DNA of 64,000 nt from Monocercomonoides exilis PA203 (taxonomy: Eukaryota > Protista > Preaxostyla): NCBI GenBank assembly GCA_001643675.2, contig LSRY02000014.1:1795849-1859848 (forward strand), written 5' to 3'. How positions within the stretch are numbered: position 1 is the stretch's first letter; each line of letters starts with the position of its first letter. Shown piece by piece: positions 24,401 to 34,800 of this stretch. A program made the position numbers and the translations under genes. The notes below the pieces were generated by a model. That model was given only the letters and a program-made list of their open reading frames with translations, was not told where the DNA came from and searched no databases.

Positions 24401-27400
24401 CCACACTGCTGCTCATTGCTTCCCCCTTTCCCTTCTTTGCTCGACACCACAATCGTGTCTGACTGGTATTTCACAATCAGACTCATCAAGTCCATCGCCT
24501 CCTCCTTGTGCTCTCCCGCATCCATCCCATAGATCGCATTCTGCCTGATGAACTCCACATCACGGAAGTCGAGGTTGAACTGTGTTTCGTTGATCTGCCT
24601 CTCGATGCAGTCGCACACAATGAACACATCATTCCCAATCCTTGCTGTGTTCCTTCGGAATATCACCCCATCAAACACATAATCCAACTCTCCCCTCAAT
24701 TCAGTCTTCAGATACACCCCGCCTCCTTTCCCTTCGCTCACAGAGCATCCACACTGCTTCACACTCGTGTTCACAACATCGAACCATCCTCCTTCATTCA
24801 ACTCAAACAGCATCGCCCCTCCCTTTGTGCCTCTCCCACAACTGCACCCTTCAATCAGCGAATCTTCCACCACAAGCTTCACTCCATTCCCACTCCTGAT
24901 CGAAACAACACAAGGATCAGCTCCTTCCCCTTCAACTGATCCAATGCTGCAATTCTTCATCCTCATCTCACCTCCTCCATTTGCTCCCTCTCCTTCAATT
25001 TCAAACAAACTCCCCTTCTCCAATGTGGCTTCAATCACTGTGAATTCATCAATCACACTCGCCACTTCTCCGCCCACCACAAATGCACTTCTCTTCCCAA
25101 AATATGAAAGCACTTTGAACCTCTTCATCTCCAGCTCCCCTTTCTTCACTATGCAAAATGCAACATTCCCCATCCCTTCTCTCTTTCCCTTCCATGTGAC
25201 TGAACAGTCTTCCCATTCAATTTTCCCTCCCTCACTCACAATCATCCCTGCTTCCACACTTCCTAAAACATTCATCACACACATCTCCAGTGTTCTCAGA
25301 ATGAATGCTCCACTGTTGCGAAGACACACTTTTGCTCCACTTTCTCCTTCACTCCCCATCACAACTGTTCCATATTCCTTCTCATCATATCCTGCTCCCA
25401 CTGATTCCACATCAATCCCACTCAAATCATGTTCCCCTTCCACTCTTATCTTTGCCTTCACTCCCACCACTTTTCTCTCTCCTCCTCTCTCAATGTGCTT
25501 CAATCCCATCTCCAATGTCTCACACGGATCCTCTTCACTCCCACATCGAACAACATCATCGCCCTTTTCCCACACCACAATCCTCTCACTTTTGTATTCA
25601 ATCACAAATCGCAACAGATCTGTGTTTATCCGCTTCTCATCACTTCCAACAAATACATTTGGATCGTCTTCCATCCCTTCAAAAGCAATCCCAAATGTCT
25701 CACTCCTCACTGTCACATTCAGATCTGAATCCAAAATGAACATGTTCTTCCCCACAAATGCCTCATTCTCAGCAAACTTCACACCCTCAAACTTGAATGG
25801 TATTCCTCCCCTCCTTTCACTGCAATTCACATACAGCCATCCTCCTTTCCCATCACTCACCTTCTCTGCCAAACATCTCTCCATCATCCCTTCTTTCACA
25901 CAAATCATCCCTGAATCAAGGATATTCACCCTCACTGCCCCACCATTCATGCTCTCTCCTCCTCTGATGCCACTCATGTTGCTCTGTTCTATCTTCATCA
26001 CCCTCTTCACCTCTCCACATATCACAGCTGATTCATCTCCACCAACAACTGACAGGCTCCCAAATGAGCAGTTGCTGATGCTCACAACTTCACCCTCTGC
26101 TCCATTCTGTTCCATCCGAAGAAGAGCAAGATCCGTCAGGCACTTTCTTGTCCTGATGTTATTTATTGATATCCACTTCATCCTCACAGCTTGTCCACTG
26201 CTTCTGATGATTCGATATTCTATCGCCCCTTCTTCCCCTTCCTGCATCGCAAACGAACACAATTCCATCTCCAAAACACCTCTTACTGTTGATGAGCTTA
26301 TCACTACATCCTTCCTCTGTTCAAAGGTTCCAGGCAATTCAAATTCCACATTCACAAACACACTCACTCCTTTCGAATCAAGAACACTTTCCCCTTCTCC
26401 TTCAATTCCTTTCTCCACAACCACCTTCATTCTCTTGTTGTCTTTCCCTTCAATCCGAACTCCACTCACATCTCCCACCTTCTCAACACTCGTGCTCCCA
26501 CTTATCACTATTTTCTTTTCTCCCTCTCCACCAAGCCTCCCAATTCCATAATCCACACTCCTGCACGGGCATTTCTCCATCCCACACCACATTCCATTGT
26601 CTCCATTCTCACTCTCCACCTCAATCACAGATGAGCTGAATCCATCAATGAATATGAACAGATCAACCTCACTCACAAACTTCTGTCTATCTATCCCACT
26701 CAGCGAATTCTCTCTCTCAATTATCTCTCCACTGAACGAGAAACTGCTTCCATTCACAACCCTCCTCAAATCATCACACACAACAAACACATCCATCCCA
26801 CTCCTTGCTCTGTTCTCTTCAAACCTCATTCCACTGAGATCAAACTCATATCTCTCTCCTTCAATCCCCACCCACAACCCTCCTCCACACCCTCCTCCAT
26901 TCGTTGTCCCTTCCAGTCCAGCCGAACATTTTTTCATCAGTGTCACTTCTGTTTCGCTCCTGATCTTCAGTTGTGCATCCCCTTTCAATTCCACTCTCAT
27001 CCCTCCTCCATTCCCTTTCTCTGCGACATAACCATCGATACTCGTGTTCCACACATCCACGAAGCCTCCTTCTGCAGCCACTCCGTTCACCATCCCTCCA
27101 TCTCCCTCCTTCACTCTGATATTGCTCCCATTGCATCCCCAAATGGATATCTCCTTTGCCTCAACTCCTTTTATTATCCCTGAATCAACAAAATTACATG
27201 AATTCCACGAACACTCCCTCATCCTCGCAATACAATTGCTCCCTGCCCAAATCAAGCTGCTTCCTCCCATTTCACAATCACTGGCAATCACACTTTCTGC
27301 TGTGAGTGTGCTTCCTCCCTCACAAACAGCAAATCCCTTTTCTCCTTCAAAGTTCATATCATTCAGCTCCACATTCTTCAACGAGACAGATGACAATCCC

Positions 27401-30400
27401 CCATTCGCTTTTATCGCAGGCTTTCCAAACCTCATTGAATCCAATCTCAGTGAAGTCACATTCACCTCTCCCTTTTCCACAACAATCAAATTGTATTCCA
27501 CAAAATTCACTCCAACTCCAAATCCAAATCCAACAACACATTCACTCAAGTTCAGTGTTTCGCCTTTCAACTGGAATATCGCTTCATGACGTTCAAGAAC
27601 AGATGGAATCACCAGCCCAATCTTCCTCATCCTTGTCTCCTTCAGCACCACAAACACTCCAATGCATCCTTCCTCTTCACCTTTGCAACTTGCCTCGCCT
27701 TCAACAACAAGCGATCCATCATCCCCTGTTCCTTCAATCACTCTTGTCAATTTCGAAAAGATCACTGTCGAGCCAACCTCAACTCCATTTCCAACTTTGA
27801 CTGTCGCTGTTGTTGTTCCATCTCCTGGTGTGTTCTCTTCCCTCTCAATCGGACAGCTCAGTGTACGGCACTCAAAAAATGTGTGTCCGCACCGAGGATG
27901 ATCAGCTCCCGAAGCTGAAACATAGATCTCACTCCTCGGAACATCCAGGAGATAGCACACAATCGGAATCACCAGTGTTGCATTGTTTGTGTCTCCCATT
28001 CCCTCCACCTCATGCACATCCTCGCTCAAAAGCGAAACAAATCCATATCTCACTTTCGGAACCAATTCCAGCTGATTCGAAGCAATAAACACATTCACAC
28101 CATGTTCTGCATAATTATTTTCAAATCCCACATTCACAATCTCAAACACAACTGAAGGAGAAGTCAACTCCAAATACACCCCTCCTCCTCTTCCTTTCTC
28201 CTCCCCACTTCCCTTCTCTGCCCCACATTCTCCAATCTCTGTTTCAACATTGACTCTGCCAATCTTGAATATCCCGCTTTCATCGACTCTCCAAGCAATG
28301 CTTCCTCCATTCCCTTCCTTGCACACACAGTTTCTGAATGTGATGTTCTCCAGCTCCCACGAATCACTCCTTTCGCTTCGAGCGCTGAATATCACCCCAT
28401 CTCCTCTCATTCGGCTGATCCTTTGGATCGTCACATTACCCAGCATCCCTCTCCCAACTCCACTTTCCTCCTCTTCCTCAAACAATGAGCAATCTCCCAG
28501 ACCAATATCCTCAATCAAACAGTTTTCCATCTTCACTTTCTCAAATATCACTTTGAATGGTGAAACGTCAAATGAATGTGTCTGCCCATCTTCTGCCCCT
28601 GATATGATCACATTCTTCAGTGCCAGCATCTGTGCTCCTGTTCTCATCTCAAACAATGAAGATGATGATTCTGCGCTGTTGTGACGAATTGTCACCAAAG
28701 TCAATCCCATCGATCCCGAATCCAATGTGAACAAACACTCATGTGAATTCAGCAATTTTGTGGAAATGATACACTCGCTCTCGCTTTCGCCTTTGAATGA
28801 AATATCTCCCCCTCCAATGAACAGGGCCGTTGAAGAATAGGTCGATCGAAGAATATTCACTGTTCCCTCTGCTCCTTTCTCAATCATGTTGAATGCCTGC
28901 TCAATCGTGTTACATGGGCTGGTCTGTGTTGTCCCACAGACTGGCCCTGTAATCCCATCTGCCCTGGCAAATGTTGTTTTGATTGTAAAAAGCCAAGCAT
29001 CGTAATCTGTTTGGCTGTCGTTGTAAAACACTCTTTTTGCTGATGTTGTTGAGAACGATGATTCAAATGGTGAACCTTTGAAAAACTCATTATAAACTTT
29101 AACGTCATGACCTTCTTCATTTATTGCTTTGTTTCCACTGAATAAGCAAAATGATATCAATTTTGGAGGTGGTTCAGTTTCCATCCAACTTATTGAACAC
29201 ATAAATATTCCCCCACCTCCACTTTCAAATGAATCTGTTCCTGTTCCATTTGCCATATTTCCTTCAAATTCACATTCTGAAATAATATATGGACTCTGTC
29301 GACCCTCCATGAATAATCCTCCACCATACGATCCGGCTTCATTGCGAATAAATTTGCATTTCTCAATTGTCTCGTTTCCATTTCCAGAATTTTGTTGAAT
29401 GCGTAATCCTCCTGTGTATCTCATTTTTGCTTTGCAATCGCTAAAGATACATTCAGAAAAAAAATAGTCTCCGTTAAGCATATAAATTATCATTCCACCT
29501 GTATTTGTTTCTGCCAAGCAATTTGTGAAATTACAGCCTAACATTTTCACACCTGCTGCTGATTGAACATCAACGGCTCCATTGCCAACTTGACTCATAT
29601 TCTTGAAAGAACATCTGACACATTCAAGAGTCGAATTTCCTCTCAAATAAATAGCGCTTCCACGATCAGCATTTTCCGTATTGCACCATTCGCAATCAGT
29701 GAAAATGTGTGTTTCATTTGCTCCCAGTTCACATCTTGTCATGTTGCGTCCTCCTGATTCATCAACATTCATCGTTCGAAAGCAACACTCAAATGAGGTG
29801 TTTGTTGCTCTCAGCGAGGCACATGGGCTGTTCACTGACATCAAAATACCCCCATCAACAGCATCCCAAACTCTGAAAAACGAGCAGCCTTCAATCGTTG
29901 TTTCTGTTCTCGCTCTCGAATCCATTTCCCTTTGCGCTCCTGATGCAATAGAAATATTTGCCATCTTCAAACCAGAGGCTTTCACAAAGCAGCTCGCATC
30001 CGGTGCAAGAAATGGAGCAGATGCCAATTCAAATGATGAAAACGACGAGTCTCGAAAAGTTATCGAATTTGCTCCATCTCTCTCAGAATTTTTGAAAGAC
30101 GAGCAAAAAAGTCGCGGAATTGGTGCAAATGGCTTCAAAGTTCCAATCGTCAGATTCACTGAATGCATGCTTCCTCCATCCACCACAAATGGGCTCATTT
30201 GTGATGAAACAAAAATCATGCATCCTTTGATATCCAGCCTTGACCCTTCACAAACCAAAAACCAAGCTTTTCCTTCCTGCTGAATCTGCAGCACACTCGC
30301 TGCGCTCACTGAGCTGTTCACAGCAACAAATGTCGATAATATCTTGCTATTCTGATTATTTTCTGGTTCATAATTATCATTCCAGCCCCCTGACAGTCGA

Positions 30401-30504
30401 AACATAAAATTTGCATCCAATTCGCACATCTCCTTTGCTGATGCTTCTTTTGCCTCATCAATAGCAAAGACGCATGCAATGATAAAAAACACAAAGTTCA
30501 TCAT
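21421..30504 (-). CDS. Giant intronless type-I membrane protein (about 3027 aa): signal peptide, Cys-containing parallel beta-helix (pectin-lyase/PMP-like) repeats, TM helix, degenerate tyrosine-kinase-like domain
   Basis: Open ORF 21421-30624 with likely start MMNFVFFIIACVFA at 30504. Recurrent GGG(V/I)Y...FxxNxA and CGxxxxPCxT modules. TM YWLLIVIIMGIILIIVLVVSIILAI. Kinase C-lobe LRWKAPEL...FSIGMMVWECLTLDIPF...GERP; HRD and DFG are absent. Confidence 0.85.
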   Translation of the reverse strand: MMNFVFFIIACVFAIDEAKEASAKEMCELDANFMFRLSGGWNDNYEPENNQNSKILSTFVAVNSSVSAASVLQIQQEGKAWFLVCEGSRLDIKGCMIFVSSQMSPFVVDGGSMHSVNLTIGTLKPFAPIPRLFCSSFKNSERDGANSITFRDSSFSSFELASAPFLAPDASCFVKASGLKMANISIASGAQREMDSRARTETTIEGCSFFRVWDAVDGGILMSVNSPCASLRATNTSFECCFRTMNVDESGGRNMTRCELGANETHIFTDCEWCNTENADRGSAIYLRGNSTLECVRCSFKNMSQVGNGAVDVQSAAGVKMLGCNFTNCLAETNTGGMIIYMLNGDYFFSECIFSDCKAKMRYTGGLRIQQNSGNGNETIEKCKFIRNEAGSYGGGLFMEGRQSPYIISECEFEGNMANGTGTDSFESGGGGIFMCSISWMETEPPPKLISFCLFSGNKAINEEGHDVKVYNEFFKGSPFESSFSTTSAKRVFYNDSQTDYDAWLFTIKTTFARADGITGPVCGTTQTSPCNTIEQAFNMIEKGAEGTVNILRSTYSSTALFIGGGDISFKGESESECIISTKLLNSHECLFTLDSGSMGLTLVTIRHNSAESSSSLFEMRTGAQMLALKNVIISGAEDGQTHSFDVSPFKVIFEKVKMENCLIEDIGLGDCSLFEEEEESGVGRGMLGNVTIQRISRMRGDGVIFSARSERSDSWELENITFRNCVCKEGNGGSIAWRVDESGIFKIGRVNVETEIGECGAEKGSGEEKGRGGGVYLELTSPSVVFEIVNVGFENNYAEHGVNVFIASNQLELVPKVRYGFVSLLSEDVHEVEGMGDTNNATLVIPIVCYLLDVPRSEIYVSASGADHPRCGHTFFECRTLSCPIEREENTPGDGTTTATVKVGNGVEVGSTVIFSKLTRVIEGTGDDGSLVVEGEASCKGEEEGCIGVFVVLKETRMRKIGLVIPSVLERHEAIFQLKGETLNLSECVVGFGFGVGVNFVEYNLIVVEKGEVNVTSLRLDSMRFGKPAIKANGGLSSVSLKNVELNDMNFEGEKGFAVCEGGSTLTAESVIASDCEMGGSSLIWAGSNCIARMRECSWNSCNFVDSGIIKGVEAKEISIWGCNGSNIRVKEGDGGMVNGVAAEGGFVDVWNTSIDGYVAEKGNGGGMRVELKGDAQLKIRSETEVTLMKKCSAGLEGTTNGGGCGGGLWVGIEGERYEFDLSGMRFEENRARSGMDVFVVCDDLRRVVNGSSFSFSGEIIERENSLSGIDRQKFVSEVDLFIFIDGFSSSVIEVESENGDNGMWCGMEKCPCRSVDYGIGRLGGEGEKKIVISGSTSVEKVGDVSGVRIEGKDNKRMKVVVEKGIEGEGESVLDSKGVSVFVNVEFELPGTFEQRKDVVISSSTVRGVLEMELCSFAMQEGEEGAIEYRIIRSSGQAVRMKWISINNIRTRKCLTDLALLRMEQNGAEGEVVSISNCSFGSLSVVGGDESAVICGEVKRVMKIEQSNMSGIRGGESMNGGAVRVNILDSGMICVKEGMMERCLAEKVSDGKGGWLYVNCSERRGGIPFKFEGVKFAENEAFVGKNMFILDSDLNVTVRSETFGIAFEGMEDDPNVFVGSDEKRINTDLLRFVIEYKSERIVVWEKGDDVVRCGSEEDPCETLEMGLKHIERGGERKVVGVKAKIRVEGEHDLSGIDVESVGAGYDEKEYGTVVMGSEGESGAKVCLRNSGAFILRTLEMCVMNVLGSVEAGMIVSEGGKIEWEDCSVTWKGKREGMGNVAFCIVKKGELEMKRFKVLSYFGKRSAFVVGGEVASVIDEFTVIEATLEKGSLFEIEGEGANGGGEMRMKNCSIGSVEGEGADPCVVSIRSGNGVKLVVEDSLIEGCSCGRGTKGGAMLFELNEGGWFDVVNTSVKQCGCSVSEGKGGGVYLKTELRGELDYVFDGVIFRRNTARIGNDVFIVCDCIERQINETQFNLDFRDVEFIRQNAIYGMDAGEHKEEAMDLMSLIVKYQSDTIVVSSKEGKGGSNEQQCGKPSLPCATIGFGLRHLTHDFLSQMVVDEESVIDEEIGLDTLTLSGMHEVQSRVVVKGRMNCSKEMIVETNGQVYVRWIQFAFEEVESKPTPLPTTHSLFMKISSGKTSISMCSFEGVSSAEREMVEVPFCLIFVERGKCSMGNVSVSWLSFLREAAMIMEEVTEVNGLTLRNIEGSKDCLKISEAGNSRMEKGWMGRANGDEAEMKNRENSEFSFSILSSSFENITCVDESAGVIDVEEMEGNVVFSNCSFGGCSSRRKKGKMISLLMCKNIQMRLCLLDGKEERKKDLNEEVDVCKWNGSVVEVKESSGEIKDTSFVNCSDGGLSIWGGSVEIEMGLFENNNPSIEKYPSARRNILCSDSGTLSVMSLKGGDGLKDNTSLWMLNEGCEISGIVSERLSSFFIPELEIVEMEEMGAELLLKFKGKLLLPCNISFKIVKQVVDEDVVERYEFNEEGCVSENEVDGKVPIETINNAGEETEVSVSVLFGKKESPSSTDSFVLKNRSETQGKGDDRIVEGGKEGKSYWLLIVIIMGIILIIVLVVSIILAIRWKKVKNEAEDLREIVNDNIRKDPKAFEMVTMEMSPEEQWRRAERETEKKNDERMKKRVYERNMEHSESSEHLLSESGSTEYILGRDSDKIPEWALEKVDEKEEETRKRTPSPSISSTSSTSTTDSDSTFVRGEDLCPTTSSMSNLVDAMACSSPHEKLIVDLRDSLFMLLHGRNEKKEMAIGSLKEREMTAAQILFWVANGALHSFDEEKELPSLANLSPHIVLFSEHMVICIALHSDCSSSDDSDSSSICSMSIVSSSSSNVSVMSERFTDSPPPSSAFEDCEDNRKECLRWKAPELQMNKKMGATKESVAFSIGMMVWECLTLDIPFGEYEAEVAGDKISKGERPNVEKIRGSELYEVVWSSMGKDWNDRPTLSEMKREFYGHFPAGAVIVTMSDAICERGGESTREGEGSFASGEEGYSTVFENTSETTKKTEKQEMKER

Positions 30505-31817
30505 TCTGCCACTGTGTAACTCGCTCCTTGTGCCAGATAAGAACGTGTAGTGAAAAATCAAAAAAACAACATAGCCCATATTATTCTTCATTTTATCATC
30601 ATGATATATAATTTTTTTCTTCAAATTCTCAAAATAGCCTCAAATAATTCCATGCGCAAAAATAATAATTATCAAGAATACAAATTGATTTTTCACTCAA
30701 AAAATTCAAAAAAAAATACAAAATATGATTCCAAACATTTCAGATGAGACTTTGTCATTTTCGAAGAAATATTATCGTTTCCACAGAATATCAACAACAT
30801 TCCCCGGTCGACTGAGAAATTTTCTTCTTTCTTTCAGATCAATGACGAGTTTTGCTGTTTTCCATTTGAAAGAAATCTTCTTTTTGCAAATGCTCTCAAT
30901 CATTTTTCCTTGTTAAATTCCTCCAAAGTCCATGTTCCAATGGATATGTTCTCTATCGAGCCAAATGTCATTTCCAACTTCATATTTTGCTGAGCTGGCA
31001 TCATAAATTCACAAATGATTCATTCGTAACTGTCCATCACTATGCCCATCAAAAAAATAGCAGAAAACAATATTATGCGAAAATACAATATTATGAAGGT
31101 TCTATTCCATTTCGGTTGCTGAATGTTGCTTGAATCCGAGAAATCGCAAGATTATTGAAAAAGTCTCGCTTTTGATTGCGCTGCCACAAAGAGTTTAAAT
31201 GTTGTTTCCTTCATCCTCCTGATAGAACTCTCAGAATAGATGCATATGGTTGATAGACTGCTCAAATCTTATTTCCAAAATTCGTTGGCATCCAAAACAA
31301 TTGATAATCATTCCAACAAATCATTCAGATTATATAACTTTAAGTAACTCGAATACATGTAGTATTATTATTGTCCTTTCATTTGTGGTATTTTTCTTTG
31401 TTGTAACCCTGCTCTCCTCCGTTTTATTCGAGAAATAAAAAGATCATGACCCATCCTTGCATTCTCAAATCACCAATGAAAACAAAAAGAAATGCATAAA
31501 CACGATAATGAATAAAAAATAAAGAGAGAAATTATTAAAAAATTATAATAAATTTAATGATGTGCTATTTTCATTGGAAAATTTAAATTTCTTAATTTGA
31601 TAAATAATGATAATAAATCATATTTTTTGTTCTTGTTCTGTTGAATATCTTATGTTCCACAATGGAATATTCAATGTTCCATAAATATTTTTTTACAAAC
31701 ATTTTGAAATATTTAAAACTCAAACAGGATCATCTCAACACGGAAATTGCAAAGATAGCTCAAACAATGAGCTGATGAAACTATCGTAATTTTTTTAAAT
31801 GTTTGAGAACAAAATAT

Positions 31818-34800
31818 GTCAAAATTTTTTTGAAAAGTGACATCAGATCAAAAATTTGTCCAATGGAAGTTAATTATTTTTCATTCCGTTACAATAATTC
31901 TCATGAAAAAATCAAACTATCACAACAATGTTTATTAATTCATTGCCAACTTCTTTGTGAAAAAAAGATTTTTGAATCAAAAAATTATATATTCTGTTTC
32001 CATCATCAAAATTCAAATAGCTGATTAACAATGAATATGGTTTTTCTTTTCTTTGTCCATGTTGGAATTAATGAGTTCAAAAATGCTCAAGGTATGTTGC
32101 AATTCTATTTTTATGGAAATTTAATAATTCTGTTGATGATTCTTTTTAAGATATGAACTGAAATTCACAATGCCCAGAACGAATTATAATATTTCATTCT
32201 CCAATTATTGCTTACACATGTTTAAGAAAGCAATGAATACACAAAGTTGAAAGGTTTACTATTTAATTTTGAGTTGTGTTATTTATTCTTTATTTTTCAA
32301 TTTTAACTTTCTGTATGGATGCATAATTTGCAATAGAGCAGCGTTTCCGAGATACAAAAATATAAAAGAATATAGGGATTTGAATTCGCACCCATTTGAA
32401 GGACAAGGGAGCAGTTTCAAAGAACGGAGAATAAACAATTGATGATAAATGGGAATAAGGATTCTCACTAAATGCTGGCGATTAAACATCTCACTCAACT
32501 TCAGGATCAAGCAATCATATTGGTTCTTCATTTGAACCTGCAACTTCATCGATTTTTCCATTCACGAACATTGTGACATCCAATGAATCAATGAAACACT
32601 TTTTTGAAGAATTTCATCTTTTGAAAAACGTTCCATGCAAGAAAAAGAAACGAAAAGAAAAGAAAAAGAATGGAATAAAAGCTTCAGTCAAAAAAAAGCT
32701 TGATTATGTTAGAGAGGTTCTTCAGAATGTCCATTAATGAAGAAAACCGCACTCACTTCAAAAAGAAGTTAGCAGAAGACGAAAAGAACATCTTTACAAA
32801 GAAAAAGGGACCAAAACTTACAAACATCGGAGAGTCTGGCAGTGGAGACACGGATGAAGAAGCAGAAAACAGATAAAATTGCGAAGGCGAATTGGACAGC
32901 AAACGATGAGAGTGTATCTTTGAATGCATGTGCACTCTTTTAGTTCAGTCTGACAACGTCGGGCGAGTCAAAGCAATGAATTATGTAGTTACTAAACCCA
33001 GCAAACCAGTAAGAGGCATCAACGTTGACAGATCTTTCACGCGCGTATTGCAATTCAATCAGCAGTAGGATAACATCTATCATGGAAACCTTGAGTAGGA
33101 TATCCCCTTCTGCCTCTGATACTTTGCTGAGTCAGATTATGAATGCCCTCCGGCAGAAGTGGATCTCACGCTTCATCTTCGCGCTGACTGTGCTGAAGAA
33201 TGCACAACTGCAGACTCTTCTCACTTTGTTATAGATGAGCACCTTTTGAAAATTTCAGCAAAATTTTTCGTTGCAGTGGAAATGAATGTTACTGGAAGAG
33301 TTGTACAATAGCTACAAGCCATCCCGTGGAGAGGGCAGAGAAATTGTTTTATTGAAGCCGTCAAACAGCAAAAGAAAGTGCACCAAAAGCTAACCAGACG
33401 GCATTCTGGTGCCGAGTGAACCAGAAGACACTATCCCACAGCTGTTTAACACAATCCACTAGCTTTTCGCTCAGCTTCTGTCTCTTCTGACAGGCGCTGT
33501 CTGCTCAGAGTCAGACGAACTCCTATTCGCTGAAAGAGCACAAAATGCGCCTGTCTGTCGTGTTTCTTCGTTCATTACTTTCTCGCCAATAATGTGTCTG
33601 CTTGTTCCACTTTTCAACATCTCTACGATGCTCCCTTTTTCTGATCCATATCCAGGCAGACACTATTTAGAAATGCATGTTGGGATGTGCCCGCTTCGAA
33701 AGCGCTATCTTCTTTCGTGTATGTCAGATCTACTTCTTCGGGCATCTCAGGAGAAACAGGAAATATTGAAGATATTTGCATTGAGTTGCGCAACGAAACA
33801 GGAGTTTAAGAGCGAAGAAGCGATTTCTGTTTCAGCAGATGTGGTGCAATTTCTGTTGACGACTGAGCATCTGATTGAGAAGGAGGTAATTGGCAACCAA
33901 ATAAAGAAGCTGAAGAGATCAATCGCTGCGCTGTTTGTCGCAATCTGAGAGTCGAAAAGTCTTTCTGTGAAGAAAGACAACATGTGCGGTTATCACATTG
34001 AAGTGAAACAAATTCACCAATTCGGGAGCCTTTTACGGATTGAACCTCTTCACAACTTTTGAAACTGGGATCAGCTTTCCAGACCAGGAAAACGGAGAGA
34101 TCAGAAGATCCATTAGGTTTCTATGTGTATTTTCCAGCAACTGCTTCAGCAAAGCAGCAGAAGCATCCGAGAGCAGAAGAGAGGAAGAGGCCAAAGATTA
34201 CCTTGGTAGTGAAACACCTGAGCATTGATCGCCGAGAGTGTAAAGCATACAGACACTGCTTGTATCATGGAATAATGTATAAAAGACTGCAATGGAGCGC
34301 ATGAAAAGATATGCAGCGTAGTGGGAAAAAGGCTTCGCGGAAACCGTTTTGCTTTGCCTTTAAACATGAACGAAGAAAATATGCAGGGCGAAGTGATGCA
34401 CAGGCACAACAGACTACGGAGATACTGGAAAAATGAGCACACTTGCGAGAGGATGGCAGTGACGGACTTTGCAGTTGTGACTGACGCGATAGAAGAGCTG
34501 TCTTGAAGCAATATCGGAACAGGCGTGAACGCGAGGGAAGTTCGTTCATTTAACTTCGTTCTCTTCATTCCTTTCAATGAACTTCATCGGTTTCGCCTGC
34601 TTTCATAATTATCATCTACTTTTTTTATCATTCTTCTTATTCTAAATCAAACAAATTATGTTATCTGCGTAATTCATCCATTGTTTTGTCTTGCTCCTCA
34701 TTCATTGAAATGACAATCATCAAGCTTTTCAGCAGCTGCTCAACTCTCTTCAAATCTATCTCAATTTTCCTTGAAGCAATTCTCAAGCACATATAGGCTT

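Noticed and set aside
21369-30283. Long plus-strand ORFs such as 24767-26551 (594 aa)
   Set aside because: Antisense shadows of the giant gene, caused by codon bias; no recognisable motifs.
30725-31500. Possible decayed 5' fragment of a second surface-protein gene
   Set aside because: Too many stops to reconstruct; no diagnostic motif.
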